Part shown: positions 1 through 13,927 of the stretch, piece after piece
How the letters are laid out: the number at the start of each line of letters is the position of its first letter
How positions within the stretch are numbered: the first letter of the stretch is position 1
NCBI GenBank assembly: GCA_003344405.1
Contig: NOWV01000031.1
Location: forward strand, 496,001-560,000
Reading direction: 5' to 3'
From: Trichoplax sp. H2
Taxonomy: Eukaryota
DNA: 64,000 nt
Notes under the pieces: model-generated
The model's database searches: none
What the model saw: the letters and a program-made list of their open reading frames with translations, nothing else
What the model was told of the DNA's origin: nothing
Program-made: the position numbers and the translations under genes

Positions 1-3000
1 GGTGTTACAGAAAACTGTAGGAAGTTGTGTCAACTTTTTATTATCAGCAAAGCTTAATGATAATTAGATCAAACGACTTGTGCCATTTCCATCGTTTTGC
101 TACATTCGTCGAATGGTACGCCATGATGATGACTGTTATTAATCTCATGCAGTTTATTGTAACTGAATAACGTACTAACATTCCATCAGCTTTAATTTTT
201 ATTGCTTTTGATTTGAAAATTCATATCGAGAAACGTGCCATAACGTAATTTCGTAGGTGATTATGTCAACCTTTTTTGATTGAAAGAAAATGTTCAATAT
301 ACTATACGGCTCTAAGAAATGGAACCATTTTAAAAATTTCTGTCTACAGATAGAATAAAAATTGTCCTTGTGATCATTCTTATTGATTGAATGGCGTAGA
401 TCAATGCGCTTGGATGGTGTATAGTCTTAGAATAAGCAGCAACAGTATTCTACATTGCTTTAACTTTTACATAACATGAATTTGAAGTCCATACTATAAA
501 ATATGATATTACAAATGCTGCAGATAGTTCTGTCAATATTATGATTGAAAGAATTTTCTTAACGGGAATTGGCACTAAAAATATTATACTTTTCCGATTT
601 CCCCTGAGTACTTATCAAATGCCATGGTGATCAATATTATTCCTTGCTTAGAGTAGATTTTACCGGTAGGATGGATATATACTTAATCTTGTTACTAAAC
701 AGTGCCAATGTTATGTTCGCTCTAATTTCTAGTTGACTGTAATATAAAATCTTTTCTGTAATACGTGATAGAACAGAATGCTATCTGCAGTTGTATCAAC
801 ATCGTTATTGAAAGAAATAATTAACGGGGACTTAGCGCTAAGGAATTTTACCATGCTGATCTTTTCTCAGTACGTGTTAATAGACAAGCCATTACATGAT
901 AACCGATTTATTTATCGTATGGAATGGAATTTTACGAAAAAATTCGAGTTAAAGGGTGCCGAGATTCCGTTCATTTTATTTTCTATCAAACCTAAATTAA
1001 AAATCCACATTGTAAATCGTAATAAAGTAGAAAGTTACGGGTAGTTGTGCTAATGATATGATTGAAAGAAGTCGTTATAGCCATTTCGATGGTACCTTTG
1101 AAGTCGTCGAATGGTATAACATTCTGATCAATATAATCGATTATTGTAGTTTACAGTGTCTATTTTGATTTCTACTTAAAAAATACCTTAGAGAATTTTT
1201 GTATTCGAGTAATGGAAATTTCAAGCTAACTGAGTGTATATAATTAATACTGTCACGATGATTATTTATTCACTACTGAAATAGGATACTCTAAGTCAAG
1301 TTGAATATGTGTATACTCTTGTACTGACACAAATTTTAAGTTTTATATCTATCATTGGAAGCCATCACTTTTAACTATTGTCCATTCAAATTTTTATTAA
1401 ATCTCTATTACGCTTAAAATGCAAAAGTATATAGGAGACCTTAAGTTTCTGATTCTGAACAAGAACTGATCTATTTCGCATTGAAAGAATGGCTTAACGG
1501 TATCCTATCTAGCTATACTCGTAGTCAATATATAAATCGGGATGTTCTCAGCTTTACGAATGATCTGATTCAAGCGGAAATCAAAATTGATAAATTACAA
1601 CTGTGAATAGTAGTGATAAAAATTTTATGCCTTCACCAATATCACAAGATACATCACTCTTTTCGTAACTTATATGAGTATTTATAAATCTCGTATTCAG
1701 GGTGAACTGAATGATTAAATCGTAATTATTAAAAGTATCTTGCTAGCACTTCTACCATAACACATTTTATTTATTGTTAGATATATTAGCTCGTTCAGGC
1801 ATAAAATGATTATAATCATTAATTGACGTTATAAATTCTAATCTTGAGAAGCTAGTCCCTACATCTGACTGGACAGAATTTTAGCCAATCACGAATCTAT
1901 AATTATCTTAGGATATCCTGATACAAAAAATATTAAATGTATGCAAGCTATGCTCAATCATTACGATGGTCACCTTAAATCTGATAGGATAAAGCAATTT
2001 ATTCACCCTTCAAGTAAGAACTATTTCGTTCTGTTGAACAACTCTATCCTATAGTAATAACCTTTTCAATAGAAAAGGTGATAATTTACACCTGCATCTC
2101 TATCTGGTTCTGTTTTGCTTTAATTAAACCTAAATAACTCTTTATTACTAAGTTGCGTATCCATACTGCTAGCTTCGAAGACTGCTATAAATGCTTTTAA
2201 TAATTATAAAAAAATTAACTGATGACGAGGATTATATTATCCTAAGCTGGGCAAAGCCTCGAGTTTTTTAAGAAAAAGAAATCACTTGTCTAATGACCAA
2301 GGCAATAAATTCTTGTCTATAGGATGAATAAACGTGGATTCTGCCAGTATCGAAATTAAGAATATTTAACTTCTAGAATCAAAAAATAGGATTAGCAGCA
2401 TTTAAAGATTTAAGGACTCTTCATGGCTATAGTTATAATTGACTAGCTCAAACTTTACTTAAATTTGTAATAACACCATTTTAAACATTTCAAAACGTGC
2501 TTTTAATTCTATTAGTTTAGAACATCCGATACTTTGTACCTCTTTTAATTTCAAAACTCTATTATGACATTGTTATTCCAAATCAGATTTTTGAACGATT
2601 TAACGGCTATAAAAATAATAGCGGCAGACTAGTGAGTATTAATTTTACTCAAACGTCAACTGAAATAAAAGACTAAAATTGGAGAGGTTGGGGTAAGTGT
2701 TCCGTTTTACACTTATACGAATTAGCACCACTGAGGTTGGGCATTTACTTTTAATGAACTTGTTTAAGTAATGACTTTTATTTCAACTGTAATGAACAAT
2801 ATTCAAATCAAATTTGAAAGTTCCAAGAGCCTCTAAGAATGAATTAATGATGTCATAACGGAAGAAAGTTAATTTACTTCATAAGTTAGGGCAATTTCTT
2901 CCTGTTATAGCGGAAAATCAACGCCAACGGTTGCCACTACCTTCCTTCCCTTCGTTATGATAATTATAATGCCACATCCTTTAAATATTTCATTTTTTGA

Positions 3001-3944
3001 TTAAATTCTTGGAATCTCATTGACTTTTGCTTATATGACATCAATACATATTTATCGATACAACCAGCTAAGATCTATTTTTATCATATTATAAGATTAA
3101 AACAGACATATATACTCGTATTAACGCCATTCTACGCCTATAAATACAAGAACCTAGTTATCTTGATTGCCCCTATCCTCGTCGACTCATCCTTATTACT
3201 TTTGTCCCACATCATCAGGTTGTAGGTGGTAAAGGACTAATATTATTCATTTAATATTAGCAGAGACATTCATTTCTTCTGTAATATCAAAATATTTATT
3301 ATGAGAGGTAAAACGAGGAAGATGATACACTAAAATCAATATATACTATTCTTCCATTATCAATAATGTGATTCCTTTATGGTTATACAAGGATTCCTGA
3401 ATAGCCACTACAAGATACTAGAGTTGCTAGCGTCGAGAAAAATTTCTTTACAGTATTCGGTTCGCTATAGTTTAAATTGGTAACCGAAAAAAGATGATCT
3501 GCAATCATAATATAAAAATAATATCTCTCCACTACTACTGTACTTGTTTTTAATATAAACAAAAGATTTACTTTTTTATACCGTATACAGATAAAGCTAA
3601 ATCTACTTTCATCCACGGTTAATTTTAGCATTAAATTTCCTAAAGTAATATCCGTAATATTGTAGAATTCGACACAACAACGATTATTAATCTAATTTCA
3701 GCTTCTTCCACATTGAAATCTACATTTCCTATAGGAATGCTAGCATCTTTCTATCATTTCATTTAACAGCAAAAGCAATGAATACTTTCGTCTGCAATTA
3801 CTTTTAAAAATCCATATTTTCATTAAAAATAACCTTAATATTGCAGTATTTTATCCAATAATAATTGATATTATATGTTACTTATATACTGTTATTAAAT
3901 AACAATTCTGTTGATCATTTAAATACATTCTATCTATTGACTAG

Positions 3945-6900
3945 CTTTCATGTCGAATGGACCGAAAGGAATTTCCAAAAAGTTCAATATTGATTTCCAA
4001 GACAGTACTAGGTAAATTGGCTTTAGATGTGAATCCGTTCATTAGGAGAAATCAACCATAGGTAGATTTAGGGTTTACCATGATAACTATTCTTACTGTT
4101 GAATCTTGCTCCGCTATAAATTCTAAACAATATCCTCCTTGTTACAACCGGCAGTTTCCGTATGTATTCATTACGTTGCTATATGTTACGATCTCGTAAT
4201 TTCTATTCTACTCTGTTATCTTCACTTTGAATAAGTAAAGCTAATAAAATCTAAGGTAAAAATAAACCAAATTAAAACAGCCTGAAGAGAATTTTCTTCT
4301 TCAGTCTCCTTGATATTGTAGTTATGGATTTGTAATTTGAGAATCATGAAATTTACCTCTACATCATTTCTATTCAAGATTATACTGTACCTACTCCTGA
4401 TTCCTTTATAAAGTAGGCGAAAATAGCCATGATCAGTTATTAATTATCAAGCCTTTTTTTCTGCACTTCATAGTCTTTCTCCATTGCATTATGGGGCTCT
4501 ATGCGATAATCGTGAGATTATTGAACTGCTCATCGATTCTGGAGCTTCGTTAGATATTACGGACTGTAATGGTAAATCCTTATAAACATACCGCTGATCA
4601 TTTAGGGTAAGACTATATCAGATGGAAATGGATCTAAAATAATTCATTTTCTATATCTAATCACATATAGGCATGTCTCCACTCCACTTAGCTTGTTGGA
4701 AAGATGCATTAAATGCTTTAGATATTTTAATTGAAGCTGGTGCTAACGTTAATCTGCAGTCTCGCAGCGGCGATACACCTCTACATTTAGCAGTGCAAGA
4801 TGGCCACTTCAAAGTGGTACTTTTTAATTCTGTTATAAAAATAGTACAGATAGATGACAACAGATAAGAGCATAATTTTAACTTTATTGAAATCGATCAT
4901 TTAAATTTCTGTCCTTTAATTTAGGTCAAATTTCTGTTAACAAAATCAATAGCAGCAACGATGAAAAATCGAGCTGGAGAAACCGCTCTAGATCTCGCAT
5001 GCCAATATGGCTACAAAAAGGTAAGCATGTTGCAATCTCTACGTGCTAGTACTTGCATAGTTTTAGGTGTATAGGCTTATTTTCGATCTCTTCAGATAGG
5101 ATAGCAACTACCAACTGCAGAATAGTTCCGTATCAAAAAATTACTAGTATCAAAATTCGCGTGTACTGTCATTTCGGCATTGTTCACTAATGTTTCGTCC
5201 GAGATAATATCGTATCATTGTATGTAGTGCACTTGAAATGGAAAAATTTTCTTCGATTCAGGCTGACCTCGCAGCAATTAGTCTATTTACAGAATAAATT
5301 CCATCTATTATTTTTTTTATGCACAGGTTGTTGAAGCCTTGCTGGAAGGAATATGGAAAGAGAAATTTGTTCATATTCATAAGGATGATCAAAGCCCGTT
5401 AATGACCGCGGCCCGTTGTGGACGTGCAGATATTGTAAAGTAAATGGCAGAATAGAGACTAAGGAATACCGATAATATTTAAAACAGTAGCAAAAAATAG
5501 AAACCGAACGATGAGATAGTAAACGTCATTTTTAACACCTGATTTTTCGTTAATTAGTGTATTAGTTGAGGCTGGATTTGATATCAATCGTAAAGCGGCT
5601 AATGGGACGGCATTACATGAAGCTACATTATTCAGTAAAATCGAAGTAGTAGAACTATTAATCGAGGTAAATCTTCTTCACTATGGAAATAGCTTAATTC
5701 ACTAGAATTAATAGCATAAATTGTGACCGTCTCATAATTATCATTTTGCAGTTATTATAAAACTGTTAACAGGAAATGCAACTGGAAAATTTTCAAATTA
5801 TTTCTTTTTTATCAGCATGAAATCGACGTCATGATTAAAAATGACTTTGGTGAAACCGCATTAGATATTGCTAATAAATTTAATTCCTCGGTCTTGGTCG
5901 ATGAAATCTGCCTTCTTATTGAAGGTTAAGTATTAATTAGTAATAAAAGTAGTGATAGAAATGTAGTGGCGATGGTAGCTCGAGAAGTAATCTAAAATCC
6001 TGCTCGAAATTAAGATACGGATATAGGCATACTAGAACTTGCGACAAATGATTGTTCCTTTATTGAAAGGAAGAAGTGACATCAAACCTATTTAATAGCT
6101 AGCAAACAGATAAATTCAGTCTTATAGTACGGTAGCTGTTAAATTTGGTTTAGCAAATCTCAAAAAATATTGAGACAATCATTAGGTGTTGAAATTAATT
6201 AATTACTGATAGAATTGATCATCACCTTAACTTGACAGTTTTCACCCAGATGATTTTGATCTTACTACGGCAGTTCAATTCGGTATAAGATGTCTGCTAT
6301 ATATATTGAACCTATCAGCGAAGAATTTTCGTAAAGTTTACAAATATTTCGTAGCGCAATATCGTTGTAATTGAAGTGTTATAGACGTAGTCAATTGGTG
6401 TAATTAGATATTGCAGAAGCACTGCATATGCTCAAGTACTTATTGCATTGATACTACAGCATATCTTATTGACTTGGTTGTTAATTTTCATGTCCTGATA
6501 TTAGCTTTTAATAGATCAATCCTTTTGATACTTAGTGTTGAGTTTGAATATAACTTCTGACGTATAATTACTGCATCATCTACAGCCATGTATAGAACTT
6601 TTGCGTCTCGGCGTTGGCACTTATTGCTAAAATGCATTGCAGTAAATTCACTACCTACATATGATTTTGTTCACAGGAGCTATGAAAGAAAAGGAAAAGC
6701 CGTCCAGTTTCAGACATAGTATAAGAAAGTCAGCTCATCTTGATCAGGATAACGAAAATTCAGATAAGGTAAACATTTAGTACCGTAAAATAGGGTCATA
6801 ATCTATCGACTACATATTCCTGTTGATATAAATAATTTAATTGGTGTTTCTTTCCAAGAATCCTAACTAATTTATCATGTTTGTATTCGAAGCTCTGCTG

Positions 6901-9900
6901 TCTGTAAATACTGTAATTTATTGATTAATAAATTTTTATAATTTATGATACACCTTCTTCAATTCGAAAAACATTACATCCCATAATCTGATCAATTCTG
7001 CCATACGCATTGTACGGCAGGCTTATAGCAAAAGTTGTTCAAGTTTTGCAGAGCCTTTACATTATTGCAAAAAAAATCATTGAAAGTGTTATACATTGAA
7101 TTAATTTTCGGCTATAGGAAATCAATTAAGCTTCCATAACTCGATTAGATCTATAAAATTATTATTCATTCCAGAGGCTAAAATAATTCATTTCACAATA
7201 TCAACCACAGACTAATAACGTTAAAAAAAGTAAGAAAAATAAAGCGTCTTCATTTGATATTCCCGAAAGCTCGACAGTAGCACAAACTGAAATAGTCATT
7301 GAACACTATCCCGATCCGCGAAACCATCTACATGGAATAGGATCCAATGGCCGTGGCAGTGGCAACCATAAGCGTTCTAATAATATGATGGACGTAAGAG
7401 ATCACTCCGAAAGTGGGCAAATTATTAGTAGTCATACTAGCGTGCCATTAGGTTCGAGAGAAAATATTGTAATTTATGCACCGTATAATTTTAAATTATC
7501 ATAACTTAATAAAATTTCTATGGTGCACAATATAAAATTGTAAATTCGAGGTTATATCTTTTAAACTGCTACTATGTAGGTTTTATTTCAATCAATTCTA
7601 ATATTAGAAAGGATTATTATTCACCGAAAGTATCCCTAGGCCTTCAGAATCATGCAATTAACCACGGTAAAGTCGATCTATTGTAAATGATTGTCTATAT
7701 ATTCAAGAGCCAGTAAAATCATTCTCCCGGAAATGATAATAAGGAGAAAAATAGAGTTTTGTCAACAGTGTTATTTTAATATTTGCTTTTAACGGCAACA
7801 TCTTGTCCAATTAGACAATAGTGGTCGATCTAAACCGGTTAGGATTGAAAAAGATGGGGCTATAGTATCAGCCTTTAATCAGATTACAACAGAAAATGCT
7901 GGATATATTAATCAGTTAAACATCATGCAAAATATTGCTTCTCACAGGCTTTTAGACATTTCTCCTACAGGGAAAGTACCTCTAGGTAAGGATAACTATG
8001 ACTATTTGATTTTATCTTTTGGAATATTTATTGCTAAGAATCGTGTAGCAATTTCGGTGACTAAAGTAAAATTATATCCTGGTAAGTGGAGAAATAATAC
8101 TTTAACTGATATTAATCAGTGTTGGATGGCTTAATTTTATCATGTTAGGCATGATGCGTGCCAGAACTCTATCAATGTTAGGACCTAAACGAATAAGTCG
8201 TTTAGATTTTAGCAGCGATAGCATAGAAGAGAGAGAAAGAACTTACAGTATCGACTTTAGTCACGATGTTTATACTCTTAATCCTGCTATCGATGGAGGT
8301 AATTTGAAATTTTTCATTTCAGACTTTATTTCAGAAGAATATAGCAACTGATATCATCATTGCTTCTATAATAACAAGTTTTCCCTAAACGAAATAGTAA
8401 TCGCTTCAATTGCTAACATTCTAATTTCTAGTTTTAAACAGAACTCTTTCTTTCTATTAATTTATAGCAAAATCCACAGTTGAGAAAGGAAAGTCGGATA
8501 GTAAAGATTTTGAAAAGGTATGGTGTCATAAACGCATATTTTCGATAGATTGTCATAACGAATTCAGGAAGATTCAGTGCCTATAATTTCTTTCGATAAA
8601 TTTACTCTAAACTTCAGCCAAGTTTTGCTCACGTAAATATATTAATCTTACAAGAGATGCTAATGTCTAATGTCATCGATTTATGCAGCAATTTGATATA
8701 TCTCATTCTTGCTCCTATAAGAATACCAATATTGTGAGGGGAGCTACGTCGAATATTAGGCGATATAATTTGCTGTCATTACATATTAAGGCCAAATTCA
8801 AGGATGCTTTACGCTTTTGAAAAAGTCATTTTCATGGGCATAGCAATTACTTTAACGATACGACGTGATGCTGATTCGTCATTTTGTCAATATTATTAAT
8901 ACCAATCCTATAGACAATCATTAAAACTTTTCTCACAATAATTCTCTTGAATGGAATCGCGTGCATGAGAAAACAATTGTGCCTTCTTAAATGTTACCGT
9001 CCATAATGTAAATATCTTCCATTCTTATATTAAAGCCTTCCGTTTTATATCATAACAGCCTAGTAGTCTAAAACTCTGGTTGCATACTATCGATCAAGAA
9101 GAATACTCTAATTTATTCATTCAAGCTGGAGTCGATATGAAGATTTTGCCATACCTATCTATGCAGGTAATAGACGAGTTTTAATCCTATGGAAGGCATT
9201 GATAGCGGATTGTACAAACATTGGAGTGTCTTGATTATTAATTAGTAATGTAAAGATTTATTGTCAGAACAACTTTCTACATTTTATGCCTGTAGTCTAT
9301 TAATCCCGGAAAAGATATAGATAGTAACAATTGATTGCAATGCTTTATATTTTTTAGGAATATAATGCAATAGGCATCACGGATTCTTCAGATCAAAGAG
9401 TTATCCTTAACGAGGCTATTTCTCTTCCTCATTTTCCGATTTTGATTGCTCGTAGTCCGGTTAGTGGCAGACCACGTGAATACTGTCATTCTTATTGCTA
9501 GTAGTTTAATTTGCGGTAATATAAAATACAAGACTTTAGCAATAATTTTATCTGTATTAAATAAATGCAGTAGTAGCAGAAATATATTATTTCTTATAGT
9601 TATTTGGGATTGATTAGTTAATTATTTGATGTTTCACTTGAGAAAGCAGTGACCTTGCTGCTAAAACTTTCCTAAACAATATGTAGATATATCAAGAACT
9701 ATTTATCAATGACTTCCGTTTCTTACATACTAATACTTACAGTATTAACAAAGCCTAGACGAAATATGATACTGGCAAATGAACAAATCATGATATTATA
9801 CATTATCATTACATTTTTTACAAGCTAAAACCGGTATCTTAATCAATTTATGATAGCAACAATCTTAAGATATCTTTGTTAAATTACCTTTCAGTATAAC

Positions 9901-11609
9901 GTAAAGCATTGGTTGCAGCTTCTGCAATTATCAGAATATTTATCCAATTTTTCGGACAACGAATATGAGAGTATATCATCCGTAATCGATATAACACAAG
10001 AAGATTTAAATGAAATAGGAATCCATAAATTAGGTGATTAAATGAGATTCTAAACGATTCTACTTTTCTTTTACATACATTTTGCAATTATTATTAACTT
10101 CATTGTACATATTTTTCGCCTTTCATTCATATTAGGTCATGTTAAAAAAATTTTACTTAGTCTTGAATGTATAAGGGCAAAATTCAACAGAAATTCCTTT
10201 CATCGATTTTCAAGTGAAACTAATTTAGCAACATATAGTGTAACCTCGCGTAGCCCATCACCGGCGGTAAGTAAGGCATGGATAAATACAACGTATCAGA
10301 ATCGATTAGAATCTGAAGTATTTGCAATATGAGTATTGAAGGAACTATTTTCGCGTTATTAATACTTGGCCAGATTTTGAACAAGCATAGTTGTGGCATT
10401 ATTATATTTTAAATTACAACTTTTTTCGATTTAAGAATTCTTTCCTCCATTCGAATATACTGTAGTTAATTTCCTTTTTAGTCGAGCATGCATTAAAGTG
10501 TTTAGGAGCTGCGTTGTATAATATTTTTTAGACGAGAGTTTACTATTCATCATAAGAATATGAATAGCACTAAGGAGTATCTAATGCTAAAATATAACTT
10601 GTAATTATAAAATATGAATTCAATGTGGTACTTATACATCAATCTTTCTTGTATCAATTGTTTGTTAAAGTAGTTAACTTACATTAATACTTACCTGGTA
10701 CTGCATTTTAATTTCATATTTGTGTTATTGTAGGAAACATCAGTTCCAATAGACGATTCTGATATCAAGTGCATGACAAATTCCAATAATCATTTAGCTT
10801 TATCAGATGGAGGGAATATTTATTCATTCTGGAGACTAAGTAACTATGGCAGTAATAGCAGTTTGCGTAAAGAAAGTCCATCCAGTAATTATCCGGCAAA
10901 TGATGAAAGAAATGGTATTGACTCGATGTCTTCGTCAAGTGAAGAAAACGATATGAACTATTATTCATTTTTATCACCTAATCTTAAGAGTTATTGCCCC
11001 AAAAATGCCAAAGATGATGATACTGCAAACGCCAATATCTTTAATTATGATTATGATGCTGGTAATTATAAACAAGTAGAAGGAGTCGATAATCCTATAC
11101 AAGATCTATGGGATTCTGTGACAGGGATGCAAGATTCATTGTAAGAATGCGGAAAATTAAATTTTATCAGTTAGTCTAAAGTTGATATATTTCGAATACA
11201 CGTATGGGTGGTGCAATAAGGATTATCTGCTTATTTAAAACCAAGATGCTATTTAGATCATATAATAAATAACTATTACTAAATGTTATTGTAATTTTTT
11301 TTCCTGTTTCAATACTTACCTTGTAGGCTATTTACCAAAATTGAACCTTCCCACTACTGTACAGAGATGGATGATATTTCTAATGGATTTGATAAAATGG
11401 CAGAATCACTTCAATCGCCGCCTTCGGATAGAGAAACGAATGATTCTCTATCTAGCACTTTCAATTATTGCGATGATGGCAGTATGCGTAGCCTAGCAGA
11501 TAGATTGACATATTTATCACGTCTTGATTTAATCTATTTAGATGCTTTAGCAAACATGTTTTTCTCTACAGCGAAAGAATTCGAAGTCATGTTAACTAAG
11601 CTTGATTAA
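3945..11609 (+). CDS. CASKIN: CASKIN-like scaffold (ankyrin repeats, low-complexity linker, two SAM domains, Caskin-type C-terminal tail); multi-exon, 5' exon(s) not located
   Basis: In-frame GT-AG exons give KKFNIDFQDSTSLSPLHYGAL, GMSPLHLACWK, GDTPLHLAVQDGH, GETALDLACQYG, GTALHEATLFSKIEVVELLIE and GETALDIANKFNSS. SAM1 is LKLWLHTIDQEEYSNLFIQAGVD..EYNAIGIT (~9059-9459). SAM2 is NVKHWLQLLQLSEY..DITQEDLNEIGIHKLGHVKKILL (~9895-10160). The tail reads MDDISNGFDKMAESL..LDALANMF..FEVMLTKLD*. A phase-compatible candidate upstream exon at 1912-2013 is unproven. Confidence 0.85.
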
Positions 11610-12027
11610 TATGCTTCTGTTTCAATACGAAAGTAAAGTCGCATTTTGCTACAGGTTTGGTTGAATATTGTTGAAGTGTAGAACTCTCGTTTATATAAAA
11701 CTTTTGCATCATTTGGCATTTACATTATCAAAATATTAATATTAATGTGTGCTGATGATCTGTTAATGTACAGCCTAATCATTTTCCAAAGTTGACTTAC
11801 CCGGTAATATTTACTATTATATCGGCGCATCTTCGTTTGTATCTAGCGTAATGTTATCCACATACTCAGTATGCCATACCGTAGTTATCATCTACTGTGC
11901 GCTGTTGTATTATTTAAGTTCAAGCTAAAGTCGTGACAATTATGATAATGATGATCATCTCAGAAGTGAAATCAATTTTTATTTCTCAAACAGTTCTATC
12001 AATTTATAAATTTATTTCGACTAGCTA

Positions 12028-12529
12028 TTACAGTAATGCATATGATTTTATAAAATCGTCATTGTCTTCCCCCTGTAAAATCTTGAGTACATTCCAATAA
12101 ATTGTATTAACGAGAGCAAGTTGTCAGTAGGCTTTTTCCGCTTTTGTCGATTTAATGGGTATATTTTATACACTATTCTGCATAACTTTGAATAATCAAT
12201 CTGACAGTGCCTTAGCACGTACAATAAATTAACTTTTGATGTTTAAACTTGACATCTATACTCGTCCAGTGGGATCTGCCATGTTCAAGCTGTTGGAGTT
12301 ACCTGCTGATCATTCTCTAATTCGTGACAGCATTTAATCCTGTCATCTTGGTAATTTACGTGTACTTACATCAGACCAGCCTAGTAAAATTGTCAAGATT
12401 GAATAATTGAACTGATTGGCTTTTACACGGAAAGAAGCTACGTTGATGTTGTCACCTACACCTTTTGCTGCTTTATATCAATATACATACAATACAGATA
12501 AATTGACTAGAAGAGAATTCGCTATCAGG
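12028..12529 (-). pseudogene. Decayed duplicate of the last three exons of UTP6
   Basis: Aligns by eye to 13928-14410 including introns. It has an in-frame TAG right after the last acceptor, a TGA, a short insertion in the last exon and a 1-nt frameshift in the third-last exon. Confidence 0.9.
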
Positions 12530-12769
12530 CTGTAAAAGTGTGAACATAATTGATCAACTTGGTTCATTGAGGTATAATTAAACTATCAAGTCACGAGTCT
12601 ACCCATAAGTAAAACGTATTGCGCAAAGTTTAACGTTTATTATGTTTTTGGATTAGCGTACAGTAGTACTGCACTAAACTGGTGAGATTCAAAAGTTCAA
12701 TACTTCCATAAAAAACAATATCTGATTGTTTTCTACTGTACTATTAGTATCTCACATAAGTGATGGTCA

Positions 12770-13100
12770 AAACTCGAATTAGGTCAATCCTAAGATTGAT
12801 CCAATAAATGTAGGATTGGCTAAAGGGTTAGTCATGTCAGACCTAGCCTAGGATTGACTAAATGGTTAGTCAAACCTTGGATTGATCAAAGTCCTAGTCA
12901 AACCTAGGATTGACCAAAGGGCTAGCCAATCCTAAATTTGACCAATCAATCCTAGGATTGATGAAAGGACTAGCCAATCATAGGTTTGTCTATCCTAAGA
13001 TTGACTAAAGCGCTTGCCAATCCTAGGTTTGACCAATCAATCTTATGATCGACTAAAGGGTTAGCCAATCCTAGCCGCTTGACCAATTAATCCTAAGCAT
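12770..13100. repeat. Degenerate array of ~20-30 bp units built on the palindrome GTCAATCCTAGGATTGAC
   Basis: About a dozen variants such as CAATCCTAGGATTG, CAAACCTAGGATTGACC and CCAATCCTAGGTTTGACC, separated by TAAAGGGTTAG-like linkers. Confidence 0.85.
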
Positions 13101-13484
13101 ATCCATTCATAGTGGAAAAGCAACCGCTACTGTAATATACTCGTACTATAGTAATTGTACGTCCACGTTGTGCAAATACACTTTTAGCCTCTCTCCAAAG
13201 CCTGATCGTCCGTATCTAGAGCTCTGTAGTTACTGCTAGTGCTCATAACCACTCGCAGTCGAAAGGAATAAGAGCTGGCTATATCTAGCACTATGATCGA
13301 GAAAAAAGTTACTGTATTTGTGTGTAGGAATACCGTAAACTACAAAGTAACTTCACTTTGTAGTAAAAGTCCTAAGCTCCAGGTGCATAATAAAGATCAA
13401 GAAGAATATGCTAATTTGTCTAGTCAAGCTAGAGTCGATCTGAAGATTTTACAATACCTATCCATACAGGTAATATACGGAATT

Positions 13485-13570
13485 TTAATCCCATAGATGC
13501 TTTAGCTGACATATTTTAGTCTACACCAAAAGAATTCGAAATATTGTAATGTTTACTACGCTGGATTAAT
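13485..13570 (+). pseudogene. Decayed duplicate of the CASKIN terminal coding segment
   Basis: TAGATGCTTTAGCTGACATATTTTAGTCTACACCAAAAGAATTCGAA..CTGGATTAAT matches 11539-11610 (DALANMFFSTAKEFE..LD*) but has an in-frame TAG and a small insertion. Confidence 0.8.
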
Positions 13571-13927
13571 TTGCTTTTATTTCAATATGAAAGTATCGTC
13601 GAATTTGTTACGCTTTAGCTGAATATTGTTGAACCGTAGAGCATAAAGGTAAAACCTCTAGCACTATCCATCAATGTATAGCATAATCATTTTCCGAACT
13701 GGATGTTATACATACTATCATGTCTGCGTATATTACGGCATATTCGTCAGTACATTGCGTAATGCCATACACAAACTCAGGAAGCCATAGCTATCTACTG
13801 TACGCTGCTGTGCGATTTTAGTCAAAGTTAAAGTTGTTGTAAGCGTAATGGTGATCTCGGTAGTACTGAAATCAATTTTATTACTTAAAACGGTTCCATC
13901 AATTTATAAATTTGTTTCGACAGGCTG

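Noticed and set aside
778..3631. Short ORFs at 778-1044 and 3383-3631
   Set aside because: AT-rich composition, no domains and no coherent splice structure; probably intronic or upstream of the CASKIN-like gene.
12770..13100. CRISPR-like appearance of palindromic repeats
   Set aside because: Linkers are short and similar to each other rather than unique spacers, no cas genes are present, and the context is eukaryotic.
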